From positions 43,775,245 through 43,821,227 of the forward strand of contig NC_068998.1 of assembly GCF_001194135.2 (NCBI RefSeq): a DNA stretch of 45,983 bases. The letters are read 5' to 3'. A program made the translations under genes and the position numbers. Source of the stretch: Octopus bimaculoides. Taxonomy: Eukaryota. The stretch's first letter is position 1; each line of letters starts with the position of its first letter. Below are positions 1-10,716 of the stretch, piece after piece. The notes under the pieces are model-generated. The model did no database searches. It had not been told where the DNA came from and saw only the letters and a list, made by a program, of their open reading frames with translations.

Positions 1-48
<48 letters not shown>

Positions 49-384
49 GTGAATGTATGGCTCTAGCACACCCACATACTCTCATACACACTCATATATT
101 GTATCATGGATGAGCAATTTTGCCAATAAAATACAAAATAAAACACACACAAATACACACACACACACACACATGTATATACGCACACAATATATACACT
201 CGTATGCTAAATTTATAAATGAGTAGGCAATAACTATTAACATACATTCTCAAAATATATACACTGAAATAGTGTATGTATTTTATATATNNNNNNNNNN
301 NNNNNNNNNNNNNNNNNNNNNNNNNNNNNNNNNNNNNNNNNNNNNNAACATGATTTGTTACAAGAAGCAAAAAAGGGAATCTCC

Positions 385-497
385 CCTGTGGTCAGTGGAT
401 TAGTCTTAAGCAATGATCAACTGAAATGCTGGAAATAGCAACCAGATCTCCTTAAAATCGTACATTGTTGTTTTAAAACAGAAAGGACACATCTGAC
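385..497 (+). mobile_element. Fragment of an unclassified interspersed repeat (family D, GCTAGAAATAGCAGCCAAAT-like motif)
   Basis: GCTGGAAATAGCAACCAGATCTCC resembles segments near 22594 (GCTAGAAATAACAGTCAAACC) and 44864 (GCTAGAAATAGGAACCAAAT). Confidence 0.35.
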
Positions 498-539
498 ATC
501 TTCGTTTTTTTTTTTTTACGTGCACTTAACCACACAGTA

Positions 540-676
540 CACCACCACCACAGCCACTACTTCTGCCACCACCACCACCACCACTGCTGCGACCGCCACT
601 ACCACCACCACCACTGCTGCTGCTGCTGCTACTACTACTACTACTACTACTACACATACTACTACTACTACTACAT
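540..676. repeat. Compound trinucleotide microsatellite (ACC/GCT/ACT)n
   Basis: Directly visible; explains the poly-Thr and poly-Ser ORFs. Confidence 0.95.
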
Positions 677-688
677 ATGCTGTTTGGC

Positions 689-860
689 CATCTGATTGTC
701 CAGATGTTGTGGACTTGATACACAGGTATATTGATCATCTTTTGCAACAACAGATCTAGAAAAGAAATACACCGATTGACCATCTGTTTGTGCAACAGAT
801 GTAAACTTGATACAGATCACAGACCAACTGAGCATCTGTCTAAACAGCAGATGTAAACTT
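689..860. repeat. Degenerate tandem repeat, four units of about 45-52 bp, each with an inverted CATCTG...CAGATG pair
   Basis: Unit starts at 689, 736 (degenerate CATCTT/CAGATC), 781 and 833. CAGATGTAAACTTG occurs at 796 and 848. Confidence 0.65.
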
Positions 861-1887
861 GTTACTGCCAGAAACTTCTAACCAAAGGCAGGAATATGAG
901 ATAATTAGTTCATTTTATCAATGCTGTCTCATCACAGGAGTTTTGTTTCATCTCTGGATATTATTGATATTGTCTCCCCCTCCTCCTCCTTTCCCTTTCT
1001 CTCTTTCATTTTCTTCAGATTCCTTGTTCAATTCTTCTGCTTCTTCTTTCATTTCTTCATGCTTCATCTTCGCTGCCATCCTACCAATATTATCTTACCA
1101 TGAGTTGCCAGTGATAATTACCTAATTAAGAATATTTGTCAATGCTAGCAGGAAACCAAATCTTAGATTTTGATTTGAAAAATATGTTGTTGTCTTCTAT
1201 ATTTGACGGTCTCTGAATATAATCTTCTAGATTCTGCAGTCGGTGAAATCAACAGTAAATGACTGAGTAAATCATATCAGTGAAGGTACCGTCAGCCTGT
1301 TTATGGGTCAAAAGTTTGACACCAATTCTGGTATGGTTGTTTATCCTAAGGTCATCTTTAATCAAGCAGATCTAGTAGTGGAACATTCTAGTAGTGGAAC
1401 TTCATCTTTATTTTTTCCTTGTACAACCTGGTACACAGTCCAATATATCATTCTTTTCCAAGATTGTAAGGTGTGATTTGAGGAATGTATGCTGTTATTT
1501 CTTGAAGTTTGTGTTACTATATTGAGTGTCTCGCTGAATTCTGTGCTTGTGTACTTTAGGGCAATGGAAAGTGAAACTAAGTCAACAAACTGAGTGGTCA
1601 ACCAAATTTTTATATATGCAAACACTGGGGAGAGGAATGAGAGACCAATGTATTTCAGATAAAGGTAACATGGTTGTTAGGTAAGAGTATGATTGTACAA
1701 GGACATAGATTGAAATTTCAAATCTCTTGTGTATATCTATTCATATATATAAAGAGAAAGTTGGAGATACAAGTGGAAGTACTGAAGAAAGTCACTTGAA
1801 AACATGATGATAGTGATGATGAAGAAGAGGGTGATGATGATGTCTTCTTCCTTTCTTCATCTTTTTGCTTTGCTCTTTTCTTATCCT

Positions 1888-2280
1888 TTGAATTCCCTTC
1901 TTCTTCTTCCCCCCTCCTCTTCCTCCTCTTCTCCTCCTCTTCCTCCACTTCTCCTCCTCTTCCTCCTCTTCTCCTCTTCTCCTCTTCCTCCACTTCTCCT
2001 CCCCTTCCTCCTCTTCTCCTCTTCCTCCACTTCTCCCCTTCCTCATCTTCTCCTCCCCTTCCTCCTCTTCCCTTCCCCTTCCTCCTCTTCTCCTCCTCTT
2101 CCTCCTCTTCCTCCCCTTCTCCCCCTCTTCCTCCCCTTCTCCCCCTCTTCCTCCTCTTCTCCTCCTCTTCCTCCCCTTCTCCCCCTCTTCCTCCCCTTCT
2201 CCTCCTCTCCTCCTCTTCCTCCTTCTTCTCCTCCTCTTCCTCCTTCTTCTTCATGCCACTTCTCCCGCCTCCTTCTCTCC
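1888..2280. repeat. Long polypyrimidine/polypurine low-complexity tract (CTT/CCT/CTC)
   Basis: About 390 nt that are almost purely C/T on the + strand. Confidence 0.95.
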
Positions 2281-2857
2281 AGCAGAAAGCAACACCATCA
2301 GAATCTCTCCCCCTCCCCTCCCCGTCTTGTAATTCTCTCTAGTTGTCAGGGTAATCCCACATATATAACGGAAGAGATAATATTACTGTCTCAGTGGACA
2401 ACTCTGTTGACAAGATGAATCAGAGCAGATTTCATTGTCAGTATTAGCAAATTGAGCTGATCTTCTAGATTGTTCTACTGAGCTTGTTTATACTTTCATT
2501 AGAATCATTTATATTTTCTTAAATGATTTGTTTACCATCGTAATAGCAATAATATATTACCGGTACAATGCAATTTGGTGCTGAGTTCAATAAGTAGCTA
2601 TTTCGCTTCCATACTTTTTGGTACAAAATAACCCAATTTTCACAGATCGTGCTAAATTATACTTGCTGTACCATCTATTATTTCTGGTTTGTTTATTCAG
2701 CTATCTCTTGGATCGCACCGTTTGCTTTTGTCACTGCAGGCAATCATAGATTCATGTATACATACATATATATTTATATACATATATATATATATATATA
2801 TATGTATAAGTGTATAAATATATGTGTGTGTATGTATATATGCATATATATATAATG

Positions 2858-2889
<32 letters not shown>

Positions 2890-2940
2890 TACATACACAC
2901 ATATATACATGTGTGAGTGCGTATTCACACATGCATAAAC

Positions 2941-3007
<67 letters not shown>

Positions 3008-3244
3008 AGTTTATATATATATACATATATATATATATATAAGTTTATATATGTATATACATATATACATATTTGTGTTTATTTCTATATACACGCATAC
3101 ATACACATACAAACACATGTGTGTGTCCATATCTGTGTGTGTGTACATGCGTACATGTGTGTGTGTGTCCATATGTATGTGTATATGTGCATGCATGTGT
3201 ATGTGCATGCGTGTGTGCGTGTGTGTATCTGTGTCTGTTGTGTA

Positions 3245-3545
3245 CAGCTTCCTTGCGAAGGAATCTTGCAGTTCACCAGTCAGGCTGCTAAGTTGGAAAT
3301 AAACTTTATGACATAGCGGCACAAATCTTGTTCTTTCAGCTTGCATTAATACAGGCCTTGAAGCTAGAATCCACCGTATCGAGGAGAAGGCATATCAGTC
3401 TTGAGTGGTCAAGTTTGGAAAGCCGCAAAGATTTTACAAACACAAATATTGATACAAGATTGCTTACGGAGTCAAGAAACGGGTGGAAGTCTGTGGCATT
3501 AGGGTTTCTCACACTGCTGCAGATTCTTCTCCCTCCATAGTTCAA
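3245..3545 (+). mobile_element. Highly degenerate RTE-type LINE reverse transcriptase C-terminal fragment
   Basis: Frameshifted and interrupted pieces FTSQAAKLEIN, GLEARIHRIEEKAYQS, QVWKAAKILQTQI and AYG occur in the order of RTE RT C-terminal motifs (AAKVGLxIN, EIxxRIxKA, VWKxxxISLxTK, LLYG). Judged by eye. Confidence 0.4.
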
Positions 3546-3633
3546 TGATGGAATTGTAGTTCATAAATCTAGAGTTTCTGCAAAAGCAGATTCAGTTCAA
3601 AGAGTCATGAAAATTCGTTGTTTGACTTTAAAC

Positions 3634-3746
3634 TATTGGTTCTCAAACCAGGATCAATATGATCCCTGGAGGTCTATATAAGATTTTGTGGGGTCCACAC
3701 TAGTGAAATAGTAAATTTGGGGATCCAGAGTAGTATTTGTAAGGGT
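3634..3746 (+). mobile_element. hAT-like MITE fragment
   Basis: Starts TATTGGTTCTCAAACCAGG...GGGGTCC, resembling CAGTGGTTCTCAACC hAT-type ends. A related segment lies at 31173. Confidence 0.35.
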
Positions 3747-3747
3747 G

Positions 3748-3900
3748 TGTTGACGTCTCCGTAACTTAGCAGTTTATCAAAAGGGGCTGATAGAATAAGT
3801 ACTAGGCTTACAAAGAATAAGTCCTGGGGTCAATTTGTTCAGCTAACGGCGATGCTCCAGCATGGCTGCAGTCAAATGACTGAAACAAATAAAAGAGTAA
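3748..3900 (+). mobile_element. SINE family A, 3' half
   Basis: Matches the 3' half of the copy at 38297-38697 (GTAACTTAGC...GATAGAATAAGTACTAGGCTTACAAAGAATAAGTCCTGGGGTC...CAGTCAAATGACTGAAAC). Confidence 0.85.
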
Positions 3901-4278
3901 AAAAAGAAGGGTAGATGTATACGTAATTGTATCCCCCCATTAAAACGCAATGCCTGAATTGTTAAATAGACCAGGGCTGCTGTTGTAGTTCAGCATTTGA
4001 TTATAGTTATTACATATATATAGTAGCATGAAGTCAATGTGATTAGCAAGAGTATCTTCTCAACTGTAGTCAAGAGCCTAAATGCCATGATGATTCTAAA
4101 ACCAAGCTAGGTTATCAAATAATTGTTGTAATTCCCAGTATACTCTCAGAAAAGATTGAAAAGTATGACACAGAATCCTATTAAATTTCAAGTGAGGAAC
4201 ATACTATGCTTCTATTCTACTGATCTGTTTAAAGAACTGTAACGCAATGTTCACATCAGGACATCAATGTACAGATGT

Positions 4279-4588
4279 CAGCTTGTATTGGGATGTTATT
4301 AGGGCAAATTTTAAGCCAATTAGGCAGATTTGTTCAAATTAGGCCCTGTGCCAATAGAGGGCCTCTTGCACATGCTCAACTTCTAATAAAACATTAAAAC
4401 TTACATATGAGCTTTCGATTTTTAAGACATCATTGTGGTTAATGGTGGAGCCTCAAGCCCTCGATGCTTTTTGCCTGCGACTGGTATGCTACACAAAGCA
4501 TAAAACATCAATCTTCAGCTTTTGTAGAGTAGAGGGCCCCACTGAAAATTCTCTAATTGGGTCTTGCACTTCCTAGCACTGGCCCCTG
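4279..4588. mobile_element. Possible MITE with GGGCC-type termini
   Basis: The ends TTAGGGCAAATT...ATTAGGCCCTG and GGGCCCCCACTG...CTAGCACTGGCCCCTG resemble non-autonomous DNA transposon ends. No clear TSD. Confidence 0.3.
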
Positions 4589-5065
4589 CACTCTTTTAAT
4601 AGACTGGATAAGACTCCAGTTAGTAGGATGACTCCTACAAGGTGTGGGTTTTCTTTGGTGTAAAGAAAGGAGAAAGACTAGGATTACAAGAAGAAAGTAG
4701 CCTAAGGGAGGAGGAGAAGGGGGGGAAGGAGGAGGAGTGGTGAGAAAATGACCAAAAAGAGAAAAGGTAAAAAAAAACAAAACAAAAGCATAGTAAAACA
4801 GAGATTGGTGGGAATGGAGTAAAGTTTGGGGAAATACAATTATCAAGGGGTGGGGGAAAAGGGTATATGCTGGGAGTATCAGAACAAAGATGTCAAGAAT
4901 CCTGAATGCTATTCCACAGGGACTCAGTTGTTTAGCCACTTTGAAATCAGAATGCCTTCAAGACAAGAATATGCTTAAAAGCTAAGAAACTGAATTATTT
5001 AACATCCAGACAAGAAGAGATTTTCTTTCTCCTGTTTAGATTATCGATGAATAAAATTTAATTTT

Positions 5066-5461
5066 ACTCTTTTACTTGTTTCAGTCATTTGACTGTGGCC
5101 ATGCTGGAGCACCGCCTTTAGTCGAGCAAATCGACCACAGGACTTATTCTTTGGAAGCCTAGTACTTATTCTATTGGACTCTTTTGCCGAACCGCTAAGT
5201 TACGGGGATGTNNNNNNNNNNNNNNNNNNNNNNNNNNNNNNNNNNNNNNNNNNNNNNNNNNNNNNNNNNNNNNNNNNNNNNNNNTATATACACATATATA
5301 CGACGGGCTTCTTTCAGTTTCCGTCTACCAAATCCACTCACAAGGCTTTGGTTGGCCCGAGGCTATAGTAGAAGACACTTGCCCAAGGTGCTATGCAGTG
5401 GGACTGAACCCGGAACCATGTGGTTGGTAAGCAAGCCACTTACCACACAGCCACTCCTGCA
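5066..5461 (-). mobile_element. SINE family A, near full length (internal gap)
   Basis: Reverse complement of the family A consensus. Has a tRNA-like head with A-box-like (TGGCTGTGTGG) and B-box-like (GGTTCAGTCCC) motifs. Confidence 0.9.
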
Positions 5462-5848
5462 CTAATGAAGTTCCTAATATAATTGTATATTCTTTTGTTA
5501 TCTCAATTTTTCAAACACACACACACACACACACACATGTATTTGTGCAGATGCATACATATAAAACAGAATGTAGTTGATATAAGTATATTTATGAACC
5601 TAGGAATTCCTATTCTCTTATTCCAGTCAATCAGACTTAAACATTTACACATTATTAGGTCTTGATATCAGTAACTCTATCATTAAATTTATACCCATTT
5701 TTCTACCAGTATAAAGGAAGGAAATATTAACGAAGATAGAAAACTAATTAAAATAAAGACATACTAAATACAGCAATCTGCCTGAACAATACTTTTCTTA
5801 TGACAATGCATTGACAAGACGAATGCTGATTAAGATTTTTCAATGATG

Positions 5849-5911
<63 letters not shown>

Positions 5912-6974
5912 CTATTTATCATTTTTTATTTGGTACAATGATATAAAAACAGTAACAATGATAATAATTTCTTTTGTCAATAATGCTTAAAATAAAACAC
6001 AAAACCACACATGTACACACACATACACACACATGCACACACACACACGAACACCCCAATGAATTTAACAACAGACATATTTCAATTACTCAAGTATTTG
6101 TTTTACACAATGTTAACGAAACTTTTCAATTTCCCTACTTACTTTTCTTGATTGTTATTATTATTATTATTATTACCGTTGTTGTTTTGTTCTTTGTTTT
6201 CTGCTGAATTCCTCCATTTTGTCTTACATATATTTTTTTTTTTTTTGCTTTTGTTTTGTAGAACATTTTCTTTGGTATTCAAATTTACCAAACTCTAATT
6301 TCCAGTCTTTTAATGAAGCAAGACACAACAACAGCTGAGATTTGATTGTCGAATCAACTGTTGTCTTGCTTCTTCTTTTTTTTTTCTTTATTTCACAAAA
6401 CAATTCATNNNNNNNNNNNNNNNNNNNNNNNNNNNNNNNNNNNNNNNNNNNNNNNNNNNNNNNNNNNNNNNNNNNNNNNNNNNNNNNNNNNNNNNNNNNN
6501 NNNNNNNNNNNNNNNNNNNNNNNNNNNNNNNNNNNNNNNNNNNGCGTGCGTGCGTGCGTGCGTGCGTGCCTGTGTGTGTGCGTGTGTGTTTGCTTCATTT
6601 TGTATTTTTTTTTTACAAACATTTGAATTGAAATTCTTTGATAGTTTCATTCTATAATTAATCCCAGTCAATGTTGTCTGAGATTTGCTCATAGGTAGCT
6701 ATTCTGTAGTCAGGGTAGTATAAGAAAACATTTTTTACTAATTTCCACTTAAAAAAAATTTCTTTTACCTCATCATTGCAATTCTCAAAATATTAAATGC
6801 CTCTTCTCACAAACTTATTCACAGTGAGACCACCTCCATTGAAAAAACTACCCAAAGTTTCCTAAGGCTATTTTTTGACTACAGCAGTCGTTCAATTTAC
6901 TCAGCGGACAGAGAATACAGCTATGATTAATCCCAAACTTCCGACTGCCTTTGACTGTTTAGTATTTAAACTGG

Positions 6975-7070
6975 CCGCAGGCAGCATGCTCACAGAAATG
7001 TTAGCACATGGGGCAAAATGCTTAGCGGTATTTCGTCTGCCTTTACATTCTGAGTTCAAGTTCCCGTGTG
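6975..7070 (+). mobile_element. SINE family B, 5' head
   Basis: CAGAAATGTTAGCACATGGGGCAAAATGCTTAGCGGTATTTCGTCTGCC...TCTGAGTTCAAG matches the copy at 35838. Confidence 0.8.
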
Positions 7071-7531
7071 ACAGAAGTGTTTCACAGTTGTCACACGGGA
7101 CCTTGAAGACTGCTAGAAAGTAGGAAAGTATACTAGTCCTTTTATATTTAATATTCAATATTTCATTTATTCAATAAGTCATTCAATACTTCATTTCATT
7201 TTACTATATATAGTATATATTCCATATTCTATATCCCACATTAATTTTACAAGAATATAAATAAAACATAAAAAACAGACAGAGTTGGAATTCTTTTGAA
7301 TAATATATTCCTCTACACACTATCATACAAGCTCCCTTTTATAAAATTTTTTTTAATTTTTATTTTTATATACATATAATGCCTCTCCCAAGGTTTAATT
7401 GTATATATATATATAGATAGATATATATATAATAATAATGATGATAGGGACAAAATCCAAAATTACAGGTAAAAACTCATTTAAAATCAATTTATAAAAA
7501 ATCAAAATTAAATTGAGCTTTATAGATAAAA

Positions 7532-8148
7532 TATATATAAAATATATAGTTTTAGGGAAAATAACCAAGTTTCAAGAACTCATCGATGAAAATCCACTAT
7601 CACATATAGAAAAATTAACAATTAAAATCACAATAAATGAGTATAATATAAAACAAAGTAAATATCATAAGATAAAGATTATAAAATGATTACACATGTT
7701 TCATAACTAATTTTCAAATAGAAAGGAAATTTAAATTGATTAAAATCAATTGAAATTATCGAAAATAAATTCTATTATCTTTATAAAATAAATCTTTAGA
7801 AAGTAAGCATTTCATATTAATTTATTTGGTACTTATTGTTGGTTGAGATATATATATATCTAATTATTGTTCTACTTATGATCTGACGATTAGCTATATT
7901 TTTTAATAGAATTTATTTTCAATAATTTCAATTGATTTCAATCGATTTAAATTTCCTTTCTATTTGAAAATTAGTTATGAAACACGTGTAATCATTTTAT
8001 AATTTTTATCTTATGATATTTACTTTGTTTTATATTATACTCATTTATTGTGCTTTTAATTGTTAATTTTTCTATATGTGATAGTGGATTTTCATCGATG
8101 AGTTCTTGAAACTTGGTTATTTTCCCTAAAACTATATATTTTATATAT
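7532..8148. repeat. Long inverted repeat: arms 7532-7777 and 7904-8148, spacer about 126 bp
   Basis: The arms are reverse complements over about 245 bp, with about six mismatches by manual comparison. Confidence 0.95.
7878..7995 (+). ncRNA. Minimal type I hammerhead ribozyme motif, probably from a Penelope-like element or retrozyme
   Basis: Stem I ATGAT (7878-82) pairs with ATCAT (7991-95). Core CTGACGA at 7883-89. Long imperfect stem II TAGCTATATTTTTTAATAGAA pairs with TTCTATTTGAAAATTAGTTA. GAAAC at 7979-83, palindromic loop ACGT at 7984-87, and cleavage triplet GTA at 7988-90. Confidence 0.75.
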
Positions 8149-8264
8149 GTGTGCGTGTGTGTGTGTGTGTGTGTGTCCCACCACTGCTTCACAAAGTGGT
8201 TTGATTCTTGGTGTGTTTATATCCCCATAGCTCAGTGGTTCAGCAAAATAACAGCTTCTTTCAA

Positions 8265-8392
8265 TGGGATTCTTTTAGTTTCTGTTTACCAAATCCACCC
8301 AGGCTTTTCTTGGCCTAACGCTCTACTGTGGGACTGACACCAGGACCAAGTGCTTGGGAATAAAACTTCTTACCTCACAACAAAGCACTTGG
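8265..8392 (-). mobile_element. SINE family A, degenerate 5' part
   Basis: AGTTTCTGTTTACCAAATCCAC...GTGGGACTGACACCAGGACC...AACTTCTTACC. Confidence 0.65.
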
Positions 8393-8970
8393 CTAGTCTT
8401 ATTATTTTTATTGCTTAACATTTAGAAACCGTCATTAAGAAAATGTATAAGCAAAGTTATTCCAAAGTTATGACCATCACATCTGTAATTTTTTTCAAGC
8501 AGAGTGCATTTAAGACTACACTGTCCAATGTATCCTTCTGTTAGAGAGTTATTTTCAGACGATTTAGCTGTTATGTCTAACAAATCAAATGACTACATAG
8601 TAGCATCTTACTGGCCCAAGCAAAACAATTGGTCACATAATTAGTTGGAAAACATTCCTAGAAAACTTTGTCATTTAGCATATTATCTGCATTAAATATA
8701 TAACAGTAATTTATACAGTAAATATATAATAGTAATTTCTGAACACCCTGCCTCACTCATCTCATGTAATTTGCATCATGCTGAGGCAGTCTGGCCTCCT
8801 ACACTGTTTTGTTTAAATAAACTTCTGGCAACATTTCCATTCCAAATGGAATCCTTCTTTTGCCTCTTTCTCAGCATGATCATCAAAATTACATGTGTGT
8901 ACATGAGTGTGTGTGTGTTCCTCTATATTTATTTATATATGGTGTACATATATAAATCTATGTGTGTGTA

Positions 8971-9013
<43 letters not shown>

Positions 9014-9218
9014 NNNNNNNNNNNNNNNNNNNNNNNNNNNNNNNNNNNNNNNNNNNNNNNNNNNNNNNNNNNNNNNNNNNNNNNNNNNNNNNNNNNNNNN
9101 NNNNNNNNNNNNNNNNNNNNNNNNNNNNNNNNNNNNNNNNNNNNNNNNNNNNNNNNNNNNNNGTATATATATATATATTTATTCATTTGTTTATTTATGT
9201 ATATATTTATACACAAAC

Positions 9219-9257
<39 letters not shown>

Positions 9258-9299
9258 TAGATGTATATATCTATATGTATCTTTTTATATATGTATATG

Positions 9300-9445
9300 G
9301 ATGAGAACTTTGCTTCCCAGCCTTGGGGTTTTAGGTTCAGACTGAGTTCATAGCACCACCTTGGTCAAGAATTTTCAACAATTGTCTGAAGCCAACAAAA
9401 GCATTGTGAGTGAATTTGGTGGGCAGAAACTTAAAAAAACCTATC
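9300..9445 (+). mobile_element. SINE family A, degenerate 5' part
   Basis: CACCTTGGTCAAG...GCATTGTGAGTGAATTTGGTGGGCAGAAAC. Confidence 0.65.
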
Positions 9446-9815
9446 AGACATAAATATATGTGTGTCTGTATTTACGTTTGCAGTTTCTAAAAGTTCTTTG
9501 CTATGAGTGGTAATGTTTCTGTCACTTCTGTCAACAAACTGTCCACTTGCTTTGTTGCATGATAGACAACTCAAAACACAAAAGTATATACAGGCTTCCT
9601 TGTCTTATTTTCTCTCAAAGATTCTCAATGGCAATAAAAGAAGCATGAGGCTTACGGAAGATAGGTACAGGGGTCAATTCATTTGACTGTAATTCTTCAA
9701 GAATTCTTCAGTATGGTTGCAGCCTAATGACTGAATCAAGTAAAAGATATAAGATAAAAGATAAAGGATAGACAGTGGATAGGCAGAATGCTTTGTAGCT
9801 CTTATTTACAGCTCT

Positions 9816-10046
9816 TTAACCATTTAGCATTTAAATTGACCAAACCTGATCCAAATATTCTATATGCTTTTATATTCAAATTGGCCACATCTAACCTCTC
9901 ACACTTAGCCTGCACAAACATTCTAAAAATGAACAATCACATCATCAAACCCTCAAAGCTATGAAATCATGCATAACTGAGTCAAAACAATTTGAATTTA
10001 AAAAAGCGTTAAATTAGTCAGAGTAATCTGAATGTTAAAGGGTTAA
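9816..10046. mobile_element. piggyBac-like MITE (about 223 bp) flanked by TTAA
   Basis: TTAA at 9816-19 and 10043-46. The left end CCATTTAGCATTTA compares with the reverse-complemented right end CCCTTTAACATTCA. A TTAA target and CCC...GGG ends are typical of piggyBac. Confidence 0.7.
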
Positions 10047-10187
10047 ACTCAAATCCCTTCACAATATTCATGTTTGTCTTTCAAATTCTCAGGTCTAGTA
10101 CTCATGTTACCATATGATTGACAATATGATTGAGTTGACAATTTTGCTGCTTCAAATGAAAGAAAGCCATAAAATAATTTCCTTTGG

Positions 10188-10216
10188 CATGTGCACGCAC
10201 ACACACACACACACAT

Positions 10217-10297
<81 letters not shown>
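10188..10297. repeat. (CA)n microsatellite
   Basis: Directly visible. Confidence 0.97.
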
Positions 10298-10300
<3 letters not shown>

Positions 10301-10529
10301 CAGGCAAAACTTCTGTATGAATTATATTATTTCTTGTGTGCACGCACAAAATTACAGCTCAAATCCAACTGAAATGACCTTTTTCTATTCGGTAATTTGT
10401 GTTTGTGATGAGTGTATTTAAAAACCTGATCTTCAATATAAACTTAAAAGGAAGTTTTCTCAGAAATCCTGTCCTTTACCTGTTGTTTCTAGCATGTCCA
10501 AGGTGACATTTGCGCACCCCCACCACCTT

Positions 10530-10716
10530 ATATAGATAGATAGATTGATAGATAGATAGATAGATAGATAGACAGATAGACGGATGGATGGATGGACAGA
10601 TAGATAGATAGATGGCTGGACAGATAGATAGATGGATGGACAGATAGATAGATAGATAGATAGATGGACAGATAGATAGATGGATGGATGGATGGATAGG
10701 TGGATGGATGGATGGA
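10530..10716. repeat. Compound (GATA)n/(GGAT)n/(GACA)n tetranucleotide repeat
   Basis: Directly visible. Confidence 0.97.

Noticed and set aside
689-860. CRISPR-like repeat-spacer array
   Set aside because: The context is eukaryotic, the repeats are degenerate with related spacers, and there are no cas genes.
1362-1624. Minus-strand 87-aa ORF after a good acceptor (CCTCTCCCCAG)
   Set aside because: No recognisable domain, an internal 16-bp tandem duplication and no linked exons. Not supportable as CDS without transcripts.
1718-2418. Long ORFs (178-204 aa) rich in E/K/R/G or P/L/S
   Set aside because: They are translations of the polypyrimidine tract and are open in several frames on both strands.
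9624-9663. Apparent exon with AG|GTACAG donor
   Set aside because: It overlaps a decayed SINE family A 3' end.
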